Below, one piece after another: positions 14,205 to 31,460 of a stretch of 64,000 nt of DNA (position 1 is its first letter; every line of letters begins with the position of its first letter). The stretch lies in NCBI RefSeq assembly GCF_009914755.1, contig NC_060929.1, one strand, 5' to 3'. This DNA is from the human T2T-CHM13v2.0 reference genome, Homo sapiens. The translations under genes and the position numbers were made by a program. The notes beneath the pieces were generated by a model that saw nothing but the letters and a program-made list of their open reading frames with translations, did no database searches and was not told where the DNA came from.

Positions 14205-14930
14205 TTTACTTTTTAAACTTTTTATTTTGAAATAATTTTAAACACAAAGGAAAGATAAGATTTGTCAAATATTAACAGTTGTCCTATTTTTCCATGCATT
14301 TTTCTTTTTATTTTGTGTGTATTTTTGATATTTGTTATTATTTGCAAAGCCATTTGAAAATAAGCTGCAGACATGCTTAAGAACTTCAATAAGTTCAGTG
14401 TGATTTCCTAAAGAAAAAATATTGTATAATCATTGTAAAATTAATTATTAAAATAAGGCCCATTTTAGAGCAATAAAATATTAATGTCTGATATGTAGAC
14501 ATTAAATTTTTGACATATATATCTCTGTAACGTCCTTTACAGCTATTTTGTTGAGCTCCAGATCCTACGATCTAGGATCACACGTTGTGTTTGGTTGTCT
14601 TATCTCTTTGTCTTTATTTGGAGGAGTTCCTTTATCTTTATCTTTAAAGTCACTGAAATTCTAGAAGAACAAACACAAGTTAGTGTGTAGAACGTAGCCT
14701 AATGTGATTTTACTTTATATTTTATCATAAAGGATCCAGGTTATAAATTTTGGTCAGGAATAAGAAATATGCAACATGCCTTCTCAGTGCATCTCATCAG
14801 GAGGCATATAATGTCTATTTGTCCAACTGTTACTGATGTTAACTTTGATTTTTGTTTATAGATGTGTCCACCAGCTTTTGCCATTATGAAGTCACTCTTT
14901 TTCTCTTTGTAATTAATGAAGAACTGTTAG
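14205..14930 (-). mobile_element. L1MC5-type 3' end
   Basis: ttttattttgaaataattt...ccatttgaaaataagctgcagacatg...ccttctcagtgcatctcatcaggaggca...gatgttaactttgat. Confidence 0.75.
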
Positions 14931-15225
14931 TTTATAACGGTATTTGTGTATGTTTCTTGGAATAAATACTAAAATAATTTATTTATAAGAAAATTCAATA
15001 TGATTATTAAATAATCTCCTTGGTCTATGGTTATCTAGTTTGAGTTTTATTAAACAAAATTATTCTGTAGATGTAAAAATGTCATATATAAATTTTTATT
15101 ATTACTACATTTTTATAACTTGTAAAAATTTCAAAAATCTAAGCTTTATGTTATTTGTTATCATATAATTTAATAACCAAAAGTCATGAGTCATCCTAGG
15201 TAATTTTGCTTTAAAAAAAGATATT

Positions 15226-15538
<313 letters not shown>

Positions 15539-17396
15539 AGAAAAGATAATTTATAAAAATACCAGATAACTTAATCTGAAAAGACTTGAAATCAATGTAT
15601 TTGTTATGTCAGTTATATTTGTATGACTTCATTATTTTAATAACCATATAAAATATAAGCATTAGAATTCTTAGGTTATGAAAACTATCAATTAAAATTT
15701 CATAGACAATGTATTAAAAAGTAAAAATAGGTACTTAGAAACATATTTATCAAGATTTTTTAAAAACTATATTGGAAAATAATAACTTGCATTCCCTTAT
15801 ACTTTAAGTGAAGCACTTCAACTTAGAAAAATAAGAATGTTTTAACTTGTGCAATTTTACCTTGAGTTTAAAAAGTTTCTCAGGCTATGGCTGGTCCCAG
15901 CTTATTATAAGACAGAGATGAGTGCAAAAAATTAGCCAGAATTCACTGGTAAAACTCCATGTTGTTTCGTTGCAATTTAGGAAATCATTGAGCTTTGTAT
16001 CACTTTGAATAGACTGTCATTCTTCCTTCCTAACAGTGCATGAACAGGAATAATGATTTATAATAAGTGGGCCATTCTTCAATAAAAGATTTCTCCAATG
16101 GGGGCTAGGATAGAAAGCTCTGCTCCACTGAAGCAATCATAGCTGTCCTTGGATGTCCTCAGCACTCCGCACACAGTCTCAGGAGAAGGAGCAGAGGAAT
16201 TACACTGATCAAATTTCAATTTTTTATCTCCTTCCTGTTAAGCAAGGCAGCAAAATATTAACCCTCCAGTATCACTTATTCAGTAGCTTAGGGTATTCCT
16301 GTTGAAGAGACATTTCTCTCTTTATATACCTAAACACTTCTTTTTATGCACATGAGTCTTCTAACACCAAATTAATAACTTCTCAACACTTCCATTTTTT
16401 CTTTCCTGTATATGTTCCAACTTAAAAAGCTAAGATAAAGTTTCAGGTCATATACTGAATAAGCATTGTTTACTAAAGATTAATCTTAACAGCACTTGAA
16501 AATTAGAAAATATAACAAAATCAAAGAAATAATTCTATCAATGTTAAACTTTTGTCACATGAAAACTTAATTTCAATCCTAATTTCTCAAGCACTGTGAT
16601 CCTAAATTTACAAATGTTTCTCCATTCATCTTTAGACATATTGAAATTTTCTTTTAAAGATTAGATTCTTCTCCATTTTCTTTTTGTTCCTTTGCAATCT
16701 TTGTGCTTGTTCAGAAGAATCAGGAATGCTATGTTCAAAGTTCTATTTCTGAAATAGAGCTAATTAGCAAGTGGAGTCAGTATTAGAACACACAGAGACA
16801 GACAGGGTCTAGAGTCATTCACTTTAATACCTGATTATTCAGGCTTCTTATCTGACAGCTCTAGAGAAAAGTTATTCTCAAGCTTTATGAGGAATTAACA
16901 CACCAGACTAAGATAAGCGGATATTCTTGAGCTATTTATCTTTATAATATAGTAAAATATTTTCTGTTGGTTTATTTGGGTTTTGCCTCATTAGGCTCTA
17001 TATTTTAGTTTTCATTTTCATGAGCTTAACATTCTAGCTATTAATTTTACATATTATTAATTTTAATTGGACATAAGTAGTTTAGCTAGTGAAAGAAAGC
17101 ATTTTGAAAAATTAGTACTACATCCTACAAATTATCATCATGATTCTTTAATAGAATAAAGATCAACTTTCTGTATTTCAAATCTTTCTTCAGTTTACAA
17201 AATTAGACACAAACATAGGTGATTTAGTCATAGTTCAATTAGGAATGAATATTTAATTTAAATAGTGTCAGATAATTTTATGTTACCCATGTATTGGTAA
17301 CTCTTCAACTATAGCCTGTGAGATATAAATTCAAATAGTTTCAAGATCTTTGACAATGTAAACACTCCCAGAATAGGCATAGGCATTATTGTACAC

Positions 17397-17435
<39 letters not shown>
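17397..17435. repeat. (GT)n(AT)n compound microsatellite
   Basis: Directly visible. Confidence 0.95.
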
Positions 17436-17550
17436 AAATAGGAAACATATATTTGGTGATATTTATATATGTGGATAGATGGTTGTATACAGTTTATTTC
17501 ATGTTAAATATATTGCTAAATATTATATATTTTTGAAACATTTACTAGTG

Positions 17551-18085
17551 TTGCATCAGTTACCTGATTGCTGATCAACAAAATACCTCCAAATTCAATG
17601 GATGAAAAAGAACTAATCTTTTATCACCTCCTGAATCATAAGCTGATAATTCAGAATGAGGTCAACTAGTCCTTCTAGTGTCCACAGATCTTCCTTACAT
17701 CTGTCTACATCTATCATCAGCAGCTAGTTCTTTGATCTGTTTCTGGACATTGGCTAGCAGTGAGCTGGTGTGCAGTTTCTCACCATTTTATAGGCTAGAC
17801 TAAGGTTTTTTTTTTTTTTTTTCTTATAAAGGAGGCTGAGTTCAAAGAGAAAAAATGAAACCACGAAAGACTTTCCAATGTTTAGAATTTAAACTGTCTA
17901 ATGCTAGTCTTACCGTGCTCATTTGGTGAAAGTAAGTCACACAGCCAGAACAGATTTAAGAAGTGAGAAAATAGTGCAGACTATTGCAGGTCCTCTTGTT
18001 GGGAGAACCTACAAAGGCAAATTGTAAATGATGTACAAATGAGAAAACCATTGATCCTGATAAATGCTGCTATCAAACTACCACA
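17551..18085 (-). mobile_element. MLT1 (ERVL-MaLR) solo LTR, old subfamily
   Basis: catcagttacctgattgctg..aacaaaatacctccaaattcaatgg at one end; aagtcacacagccagaacagatttaag...ctaccaca at the other. Confidence 0.7.
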
Positions 18086-18164
18086 AAAGTGGTACTTAGT
18101 AATTACTAAAATGTAATTACAAATGGTTGTTGTAAAAATAGACACCTTACAACAGTATTTTCTT

Positions 18165-18850
18165 TAATTTTTATTTGTTAAAGTTGTATTAACTGACAAA
18201 TACAAATTATAAATATTGATTCATAACAGGATGTTTTGAAATACATATACACATTGTGAATGGCTGAATCAAACTATTTAATATATGCATTACCTCACAT
18301 ACTTAACCATGTTTTTTGTGGTGAACACTTAACTTTAGTCACCGTCATGTACAAGAGATCTCTTGAACTTATTTCTTCTGTCTAACTGAAATTGTATGCC
18401 CTTTGACCAACATTTCCCATATTACCTTCCCTCATCAACCTGACCCCAGCCCCTGCTAACCACCAATTTACTGTTTCTATGAGTTTCACTTTTTTAAGTT
18501 GCACATATATAAGTGAGATCACAGGGTCTTTGGCTTTCTGTGCTTGGCTTATTTCACTTAACATAATGTCCTCCAGGTTCATTTATGTCGTTGCACATGA
18601 CAAATTTTCCCTCTTTTTAAAGGCAGAATGACATTCCATTGCGTATATGTTAATTTTTTATTTTCATTTTATCAATCTAATCATTCATTGATGGACACTT
18701 AGTGTGATACCATATCTTGGCTATTGTGAGTAATGCTGCAATAAACATAGGAGTGCTAATATTTCATCTACATATTAATCATGTCCTTTAGATATACACC
18801 CAGTAGTGGGATTGCTGGATCTTACTATACTCTATATTTAATTTTTGCAG
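18165..18850 (-). mobile_element. L1MA (MA6-MA9-type) 3' end
   Basis: ORF 18382..18582 (MNLEDIMLSEISQAQK) is the ORF2 C-terminus; antisense L1MA 3'UTR motif gatctcttgaacttatttcttctgtctaactgaaattgtatgccctttgaccaac. Confidence 0.88.
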
Positions 18851-19231
18851 AGATTTTAGATTTTTTATTATGCTTTAGATATGTTTGAATATATCATCTA
18901 AAAATGCACATAACTTTTTCTAGTATTTTGTAATAGTTTTACTTCTAATGTTTTTTCTTTTTCTATTGCAAAAGCCAGAAGTTTCAAAACAATATTGAAA
19001 AACACTGGTTGCAGCAGGTCTCCTCAAAGTTTTCCTTAGGAATTTCATGGATTAAATGGCAAATATGTGTTATTTGGATTGTATTTGCTTTCTATATAAT
19101 TTCCGAGTAACAAAAATCAACTCAAATTAATAACAAAGATGATTACATGTACATTATGAATATGATTATTTCAATATGCTGAAAATAGTTCTTTTTTTCT
19201 TTCAAATAGCATTTGAGTAGTGTACTTTATT

Positions 19232-19363
19232 ATACAGGGTTCCAATGCGAGACAAAATACACTCTGAATCAGCATAATTCAAAGAGTATTACAAAAATAA
19301 ATCACAAAGGGTACTATAGAAACCTCGGACTAGTAGCAGGCAAACACTCACTACTCTTAAGCC
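19232..19363. mobile_element. Old ERVL-type LTR, left part (continues at 20393-20710)
   Basis: actactcttaagcc joins aaaggaaaggagagggg on the far side of the MLT1 into one LTR-like sequence; family uncertain. Confidence 0.45.
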
Positions 19364-20392
19364 TGTGGTGAAAAGGATTTTTCCCAAAAAATCCATAGCA
19401 ATATCTGGGGGTCCTGAAATACTTTCATATGGTTTGGCTCTGTGTTCCCACCCAAATCGCACCTCGAATTACAATCCCCATGTGTTGGAGGAGGGGCCTG
19501 GTTGGGGGTGTTGGATCATGGGGGCGATTTCCATTGGTTTAACACCATCCTCCTAGTGCTGTCTTGTGATGGAATTCTCATAAGATCTGCTTGTTAAGAA
19601 GAAAGTATATAGCACCTCCTCCTTCACTCTGTCTCTCCTGCTACCATACGAAGATGTGCTTGCTTCCTTTTCCACCTTCTGCCATGATTGCAAGTCTTCT
19701 GAGGCCTCTCAGCCATGCTTCCTCTACAGCCTGCAGAACTGGAACTGTGAGTCAATTAAACCTCATTTCTTCATAAATTACCCAGTCTCAGGTAGTTCTT
19801 TGTAACACTGTGAGAAGAGGCTAATACACACTTCTAATATCTCTTCACTCCCCAGTTAAAAGAATCCATTTTCTCTCTTAAAACTGGCCAGGACTTGGCT
19901 TCAAAAAATAAAATGGAGTAGGTGATGCTTCAGGATTTCTGAGGCTAGATTATAAAAGGCACTGGGGCTTCTGTCTAATCTCTATCTCTATTTTTCTCTG
20001 TCTCTCTCTGTGTGTGTCTGTCTGTCTATCTGTCTCTCTCTCTCTGTCTTTCAGTCAGGGCACTCACATTTGAATCCAAGAACCATGGTGTGAGAAAGCT
20101 CAGGCTATTTGGAGGGCTTAATGAAGGTGTTCTTGTGTAAAGTTAAAGTTCCAGCTGGGAGCCAGCATCAAACATCAGAGTAAAAAAGCTTTCAGATAAT
20201 TCCAGACCCTGGTGATCTACTATTCCTGAGTTTTAAAATATTTCATCAGAGGCCTTAGACATCATGAACCAGAGACAACCTAAACCTACTCTGCCATGTC
20301 TGGATCAATGGCTCACAGGATCTGTGAACCTAGTAAATGGTTATTTTACATTAGTAAGTGTTGAGGTAATTCAACATGCAACTAATGGAGAC
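19364..20392 (+). mobile_element. MLT1G/H-like MaLR LTR interrupted by an MST LTR and a TC-rich repeat
   Basis: ttctgaggctagattataaaagg...aaccatggtgtgagaaagctcagg...gaggccttagacatcatgaaccagagacaacc...ctcacaggatctgtgaac. Confidence 0.75.
19425..19828 (+). mobile_element. MSTA/THE1D-type MaLR solo LTR
   Basis: t(c)atatggtttggctctgtg...aattaaacctc...ttacccagtctcagg...ctaataca; 5-bp TSD tactt/cactt. Confidence 0.93.
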
Positions 20393-20710
20393 CAAAGGAA
20401 AGGAGAGGGGTTGTTTTTAGAACTAGAGAAAAAGAAGATTACATAGGGTCATCCATATTGAATGGAAGATAACAGCCAACCCACGACAAACACATTGGGA
20501 GAGAGTAGAGGTAATCAGCGCTCTGACCACAATCTGGTATCTCTACTTTCAGTTTCTGATGGGGATCAACATTATTTTAACCTAGACAGAAGACAAAGGC
20601 CATGGGAACCTTGTTGATATAGTTCATACAGCTCAGCTTCTTAGTCAGAAGGCAAGGTGGAGAAGTATGCAGAATGTATCTTGAGCCACAAATTAATGAT
20701 TCCAAACACA
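20393..20710. mobile_element. Old ERVL-type LTR, right part
   Basis: aacctagacagaagacaaaggccatgggaacc...gatatagttcatacagctcagcttc...ends caaacaca. Confidence 0.5.
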
Positions 20711-21599
20711 TGTACCACATGCAACTTTCCAAACAAATTTTCCCTGAAGCAAAGCAGTCTAAAAGGCAAACACAATAGGAGAGACGAATACTAATTATTG
20801 TGAATGGAAACCTTAATTCTATGCCACATTGATATTTATGCTGGCATTCTGAGATCAGGGAAAAAAAGACAAATTGAAATGTGTCCTGTGACTTCATGAG
20901 AATAAGAAACTCCTTATTAACAAAGGTAATGAAACAATTATAATTGTCTAACATCAAAAAAGACAATTTTTTTACTTCAATTTTTACTAGTTTATGATGA
21001 AAGTTAAAAAATAATTTTAATTTATATTTATCTATTGACATGATGAGCAGTATAAATTGGCAAATATGGTTAGAAATTAGAGGTAGTATTATTTGTATGG
21101 CAGCATCAATGCCATATTATGAGTCACATAGAATTGTTATATCAGAAATATTTTTCAAGGCATTATACACTGTGCTATGGTTCAGCAATGTATCCTAGGA
21201 TAAAGAATGTATTCTGTAGTTGCCAACTCACATTTTGTGTGCTTTTATTCTCCCTAGAATTTGTAATAGTATAAAGAGATCATTCCTACAGAAATGTTTG
21301 CAGTGCAAATGATTCAACATTCTGTATTGGTGGTTAAATAGCAAAGAACAGAAGCATGCTATTTCTGTTCTGATTGGTCCAAAACAGAAAAATATAGTAA
21401 TCTTTGTTTTTGTTTTGTTAGTAGAAGATGGCACTTTGTTTATTTTTGTTGTTTCTTTTGTTTTGATTTCAAATACCATAAGTATGCTTGCCTTTATAGC
21501 TTTTAATTTCTGTTTAGATCCTCTCTCCCTCTCTCTCCCACACACATAACCCTACATACACACACATAGAAATGACTATGCCCTAATAACACTTTTTGG

Positions 21600-21925
21600 C
21601 TGTTTCTTTAAATAATACATTTACAAGTATAGAAAAAAATTATAAAGGAAGGTGCATGTGAAAAACAAAAGTCCTTTCCCACTATATCCAAAACTGTTAG
21701 CCACAAAAGTAGCCATTGTTAAATTTATTTTGCAAAAATTGTTACTTTTGTCTATATATGTATGCATCTGTCATGTTATTTTCCTTACACATTCCACTGC
21801 AATTTGCTTTCTTCGATTTTGCAATACATCTGAAATATCACCTAATTTTAAAAAACTCATTCCTTAAAACGACTATATATTATCTAGTTTAAGGGTATGT
21901 CACAATGTAGCAGACCTCTAACTCT
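21600..21925 (-). mobile_element. Ancient L1ME-type 3' fragment
   Basis: Weak similarity to antisense L1ME 3'UTR (ctgcaatttgctttctt...ctcattcctt...tatattatctagtt). Confidence 0.45.
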
Positions 21926-21989
21926 TTGCTTAATATGTTAATGAGAAATGATCTGTATTAAAATACAATATCTATTATTGAAATTTAAA

Positions 21990-22244
21990 ATACAGACTCA
22001 TATAATTTATATTTAACATCAAAAACTGATAATTAAAATAATGTTTATTAAGATGCTACGTTAAAACCTAGACTGTCTTTGTAACTGTGGGATAGGACAA
22101 GATTTTTTAGAGCACGAAAAGGAGGAACTGTAAAACAAAAGATAATTTGATATTTTGGACTCTGATATAATACGGTAATATTTTCAGTTTATCGAAGGAT
22201 GCAGTAGAAAACATTGTTAATACAGATTAGAAAAAAAATCTTCA
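21990..22244 (+). mobile_element. Old L1M (L1MD/ME) ORF2 fragment, host of the L1PA4 insertion (left part)
   Basis: gggataggacaagattttttag... continues after the TSD as aacacatgaatctgaatatctgacaaaagacc at 28386. Confidence 0.65.
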
Positions 22245-23260
22245 GGAGCCAAGATGGCCGAATAGGAACAGCTCCAGTCTACAGCTCCCAGCGTGAGCCA
22301 TGCAGAAGACGGGTGATTTCTGCATTTCCAACTGAGGTACTGGGTTCATCTCACAGGGGAGTACCCGACAGTGGGTGCAGGACAATGGATGCAGCACACC
22401 ATGCATGAGCCAAAGCAGGGCGAGGCATCACCTCACCTAGGAAGCATAAGGGGTCAGGGAATTCCTTTCCTAGTCAAAGAAAGGGGTGACAGGCAGCACC
22501 TGGAAAATCGGGTCACTCCCACCCTAATACTGCACTTTTCCAATGGACCAAACAAATGGCACACCAGGAAATTATATCCCGCACATGGTTCGGAGGGTCC
22601 TATGCCCATGGAGCCTCGCTCATTGTTAGCACAGCAGTCCGAGATCAAACTGGAAGGTGGCAGCGAGGCTGGGGGAGGGGCACCCACCTTGCCCAGGCTT
22701 GAGTAGGTAAACAGAGCGGCTGGGAAGCTCGAACTGGGTGGAGCCAACCACAGCTCAAGGAGGCCTGCCTGCCTCTGTAGGCTCCACCTCTGGGGGCAGG
22801 GCACAGACAAACAAAAGACAGCAATAACCTCTGCAGACTTAAATGTCCCTGTCTGACAGCTTTGAAGAGAGTAGTGGTTCTCCCAGCATGCAGCTTGAGA
22901 TCTGAGAATGGGCAGACTGCCTTCTCAAGTGGGTCTCTGACCCCTGAGTAGCCTAACTGGGAGCCACCCCCCAGTAGGGGAGGACTGACACCTTGGCCGG
23001 GTACTCCACTGAGACAAAACTTCCAGAGGAACGATGAGGCAGCAGTATTTGTGGTTCACCAATATCCGCTGTTATGCAGCCACCGCTGCGGATACACAGG
23101 CAAACAGGGCCTGGAGTGGACCCCCAGCAAACTCCAACAGACCTGCAGCTGAGGGTCCTGACTGTTAGAAGGAAAACTAACAAACAGAAAGGACATCCAC
23201 ACCAAAAACCCATCTGTACGTCACTGTCATCAAAGACCAAAGGTAGATAAAACCACAAAG
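22245..23260 (+). promoter_or_regulatory. L1 5'UTR internal (sense and antisense) promoter region
   Basis: Intact YY1 motif aagatggccg at 22251-22260; many CpGs decayed to TG/CA. Activity unknown. Confidence 0.75.
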
Positions 23261-24276
23261 ATGGGGAAAAAACAGAAGAGAAAAACCGGAAACTCTAAAA
23301 ATCAGAGCGCCTCTCCTCCTCCAAAGGAACGCAGCTCCTCACCAGCAACGGAACAAAGCTGGACAGAGAATGACATTGATGAGTTGAGAGAAGAAGGCTT
23401 CAGAAGATCAAACTACTCCGAGCTAAAGGAGGAAGTTTGAACCCATCGCAAAGAAGTTAAAAACTTTGAAAAAAAATTAGACGAATGGATAACTAGAATA
23501 ACCAAGGCAGAGAAGTCCTTAAAGGACCTGATGGAGCTGAAAACCATGGTACAAGAACTACATGACGAATGCACAAGCCTCAGTAACCGATGCAATCAAC
23601 TGGAAGAAAGGGTATCAGCGATGGAAGATGAAATGAATGAAATGGAGTGTGAAGAGAAGTTTAGAGAAAAAAGAATAAAAAGAAATGAACAAAGCCTCCA
23701 AGAAATATGGGACTATGTGAAAAGACCAAATCTACGTCTAATTGGTGTACGTGAAAGTGACGGGGAGAATGGAACCAAGTTGGAAAACACTCTGTAGGAT
23801 ATTATCCAGGAGAACTTCCCCAATCTAGCAAGGCAGGCCAACATTGAAATTCAGGAAATACAGAGAATGCCACAAAGATTTTCCTCGAGAAGAGCAACTC
23901 CAAGACACATAATTGTCAGATTCACCAAAGTTGAAATGAATGAAAAAATGTTGAGGGCAGCCAGAGAGAAAGGTCGGGTTACCCACACAGGGAAGCCCAT
24001 CAGACTAACAGCTGATCTCTCGGCAGAAACTCTACAAGCCACAAGAGAGTGGGGCCAATATTCAACATTCTTAAAGCAAAGAATTTTCAACCCAGAATTT
24101 CATATCCAGCCAAACTAAGCTTCATAAGTGAAGGAGAAATAAAATACTTTACAGACAAGCAAATGTTGAGAGATTTTGTCACCACCAGGCCTGCCCTAAA
24201 AGAGCTCCTGAAGCAAGCACTAAACATGGAAAGGAACAACCAGTACCAGCCACTGCAAAAACATGCCAAATTGTAA
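23261..24276 (+). pseudogene. L1 ORF1p, disrupted
   Basis: ATG GGG AAA AAA CAG start; stops at 23438-23440 (TGA) and 23795-23797 (TAG); 1-nt deletion near 24052; ends QKHAKL*. Confidence 0.95.
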
Positions 24277-24339
24277 AGACCATCAAGGCTAGGAAGAAAC
24301 TGCATCAACTAATGAGCAAAATAATCAGCTAACATCATA

Positions 24340-28166
<3,827 letters not shown>

Positions 28167-28377
28167 ACAATGAGAACACATGGACACAGGAAGGGGAACA
28201 TCACACACCAGGGACTGTTGTGGGGTGGGGGGATGGCGGAGGGATAGCATTGGGAGATATACCTAATGCTAAATGACGAGTTGATGGGTGCAGCACACCA
28301 ACATGGCACATGTATACAAATGTAACAAACCTGCACGTTGTGCACATGTACCCGAAAACTTAAAGTATAATAATAAT

Positions 28378-29223
28378 AAATCTTCAACACATGAATCTGA
28401 ATATCTGACAAAAGACCTGTATTCATACAAATAACTCCTACAATTTAACATTAAGAAGACAAACAACCCAATAGAAGAATGGGCAAACTATTTGAAACGT
28501 CACATCAGAAAGAAGATATGAAAATGTCCAATAAGCCCATAAAAATTACCTACATCATTAGTCATCTGGAAAATGAAAGTTAAATCTATCATAAGATACA
28601 ACTAAATGAAAAAAGAATGAACAAAAACATTGAAAGGTGGAGAGGATGTGGAGCAACCAAAACTTTATATGTTGTTGAGAGAAATACAAACATAGTGTAG
28701 TCTCTTTGGAACAATGCTTGACATTTTATTTACTTATACATACCACCCTATGATCCAGCAGTTCTGCTTGTAGCTATTTATTTAAAGTAAATGAAAATAT
28801 GTGACCTCAAAATTCTTGAAAAGAATAGTCATAACAATTTTGTTCATTATAGAAAAAATCGGGACAGAATCCCAATATTCTTCAACAGGAGAATAAACAC
28901 TGTGCTGCATGCTACCCAGTAATAAGAAAGCAATGAGCTATTGATACATACAATAACATGGATGAATCTCAATAATATTATGCTGAATGAAAGAAGCTAG
29001 ACCAATGATATAATGTATGATCTCATTAATATGAAATTCAAGGTTATGCAAAACTAATCCATGTTAATAGAAAGCAAGTCAATTGTTGCTTTTGGTTGGG
29101 AGTACGGCATGAGAGAATATTCTGATGTAATCAAAAGAATCGATGTCCCAATATGCATTTATCAAAACTGATTGAATGTTACATTGAAGAGCTGAACATT
29201 TCATTGAATGCAAATTTAAATAA
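28378..29223 (+). mobile_element. Old L1M (L1MD/ME) ORF2 end and 3'UTR (right part of host element)
   Basis: aagaagacaaacaacccaatagaagaatgggcaaa...catggatgaatctcaataatattatgctgaatgaaagaagc...atcaaaactgattgaatg. Confidence 0.8.
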
Positions 29224-29552
29224 GAGAGGGAGAAAGAGAAAGCCCTCAGTAAATAATAAGTAATGTAAAACAAACTAAAATATTAAGAAATCAGCACTTA
29301 CGAAATCCACCTAGCAAAGAGCAAAACATTATAGACCAAATATTTTATATAATTTTAATTTAATTTTATTTTATTTTAAAAATGTCTATGACAAATTCTC
29401 AGTTTAACTTAGGCTGAATCATTGAGAAAATATTACTTGGTAGAAGCAGTAAAATCATAATTTTATATATAAATTTATTTGTAAGTGACAGCTAAATCTG
29501 ACTTTGAATCAAACTATTGTGAGTAGGCTATAAGTTAAAAATATGTGGTTTA

Positions 29553-30281
29553 CATCTCATACCAGTCAGAATGGCTATTATTAAAAATTCAAAAAATAAC
29601 ATCCTGACGAAGTTGAGGAGAAAAGTGAGCCCTTGTACACTGCTGGTGAGAGTGTACATTAGTTCAATCATTGTGGAAAGCAATGTGTCCATTCCTCAAA
29701 AAACTAAAAACAGAATTACCATTCAACCAGCAGTCCCATTACTGGGTGTATACACAAAGGAAAACAAATCATTCTACCATAAATACACATTCACACATAT
29801 GTTCATTGCAGCACTATTCAAAATAGCAAAGACATAGAATCAACCTAAATGCCCATCAGTGGTAGACTGGATACAGAAAATGTGGTACATATACACCATG
29901 GAATACTACACAATCATAAAACAAAATGAGATCATGTCCTCTGCAGCAACACAGATGGAGCTAGAGGCCATTATCCTTAGCAAACTAACACGAGAACAGA
30001 AAAACAAACACACATGTTCTCACTTTTAAGTTGGGGCTAAATAATGAGAACACATAGACACAAAGAGGGGGACAACAGACACTGTGACTTACTTGAGGTT
30101 AGAGGGTATCATGCACTTGAGAGGTGGAGGGAGGAGGGAGAAAATCAGAAAAAAATAACTACTGGGTATTTTGCTTAGTACCTGGGTGACAAAATAATCT
30201 GTGTACCAATGCCCCATGACACAAGTTTAGTTATATAACAAACTGGCACATGTAGCCCTGAACCTAAAATAATAGTTAAAG
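29553..30281 (+). mobile_element. 5'-truncated L1PA15/16-type 3' end
   Basis: ORF2 tail and 3'UTR ending ccctgaacctaaaataatagttaaa; TSD aaaatatgtggttta (29538-29552) / aaaattagtggttta (30282-30296). Confidence 0.92.
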
Positions 30282-31218
30282 AAAATTAGTGGTTTAAATG
30301 TCCTTAGGCTTTCACTGCAGACCTCACCACTGTCTGTAACCCATAAATGGAGCAATGCAGGGCACACAGCACATTCTAATGGTTTAACTCGGTTTATTTT
30401 GTTGCCAACAGTAAATTATGATTGCCACTGTTTTTAAAGTGATTTAAGTATCAAAAGGAAAGTAACTTTGCTGCCACCTAATACCCTTGGCAGATACGGC
30501 AAGTTACTTACTCAAAAATTCTGAAGCTGAAAGATGTATAAAACAATGCAGAGTTGACATACTTTCCAGTTTTCTCTGATAGTTAACAGAGCCCCTGCTT
30601 TTTAATGTATAATAATATTGTTTTCATTTTTTTTTTTTGTTAAGAATGAAAGGAAGGCTTTGGTTTACATAGTTGAAGCTCCAATTTTGTCTTCTGCTAA
30701 TCACAAATGGTATCAGCTGGGTTTTTTTAGAAGCAAATAGGCTGCAGGCAGGACGGTTACACAGTTTGTCGCAGCCGGAATAATAGTGTTGCAAGCATCC
30801 CCTGGTGTGTAACTGAGCTTTTAATGTCTAAACTAAAACTGTTAAACCTCTGGGGGCAGAGGCTGAAATGGGGCTTTGGCTTTTATCTCAGGTGACTTTC
30901 TGAGTTTCATATTTGAGATTGTTTTCTACCTTGAAGATTAAAATGTGGTGAGAAAAAAGAAGTCCATCAAAATATTTCACATAATTAACTTATTTTTGTC
31001 ATGTAGGAAGTAAGAAATAAGATATTGCATGAACACAGAGACTGTACTTATGCTCACTCACCCATCCATCCTAAACTACGGGAGACACTGAAATTTTTCC
31101 CTCTTTGTTCCTCTTCCTTATATAATATAACAATTCATAGCAATGTTTTTGGTTTATTTTATACATAATAAAATGCTTAATGTGAACATACCCTAAATTA
31201 CTCTCCTTTTAGATAGAA

Positions 31219-31250
31219 AAACAACAACAACAACAATAACAACAACAATA
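31219..31250. repeat. (AAC)n microsatellite
   Basis: Directly visible. Confidence 0.9.
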
Positions 31251-31291
31251 AAAAACATGCAGATTCTACTTGTAACAAGGAAAGATACTTT

Positions 31292-31460
31292 AGGAGCCTG
31301 TGATATACATAGATATTTGCATTACAAAAGCTTGTATTCCAATTCTGGCTTTACCAGTTAATAGCTATGTAAACTCGGGTGGTTTTTGCTTAGGTATTCT
31401 GAGGTTTAGTTTTCTCCTATGTAATTTATCAGGTAATAATAATAAGTTGATAACGTATAA
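31292..31460 (+). mobile_element. MIR fragment
   Basis: ttccaattctggctttaccagttaatagctatgtaaactcggg...tctgaggtttagttttctcctatgtaa: MIR core. Confidence 0.65.

Noticed and set aside
20577-21041. 154-aa minus-strand ORF
   Set aside because: Low-information F/L/I/C-rich translation partly overlapping an LTR relic; no recognisable domain.
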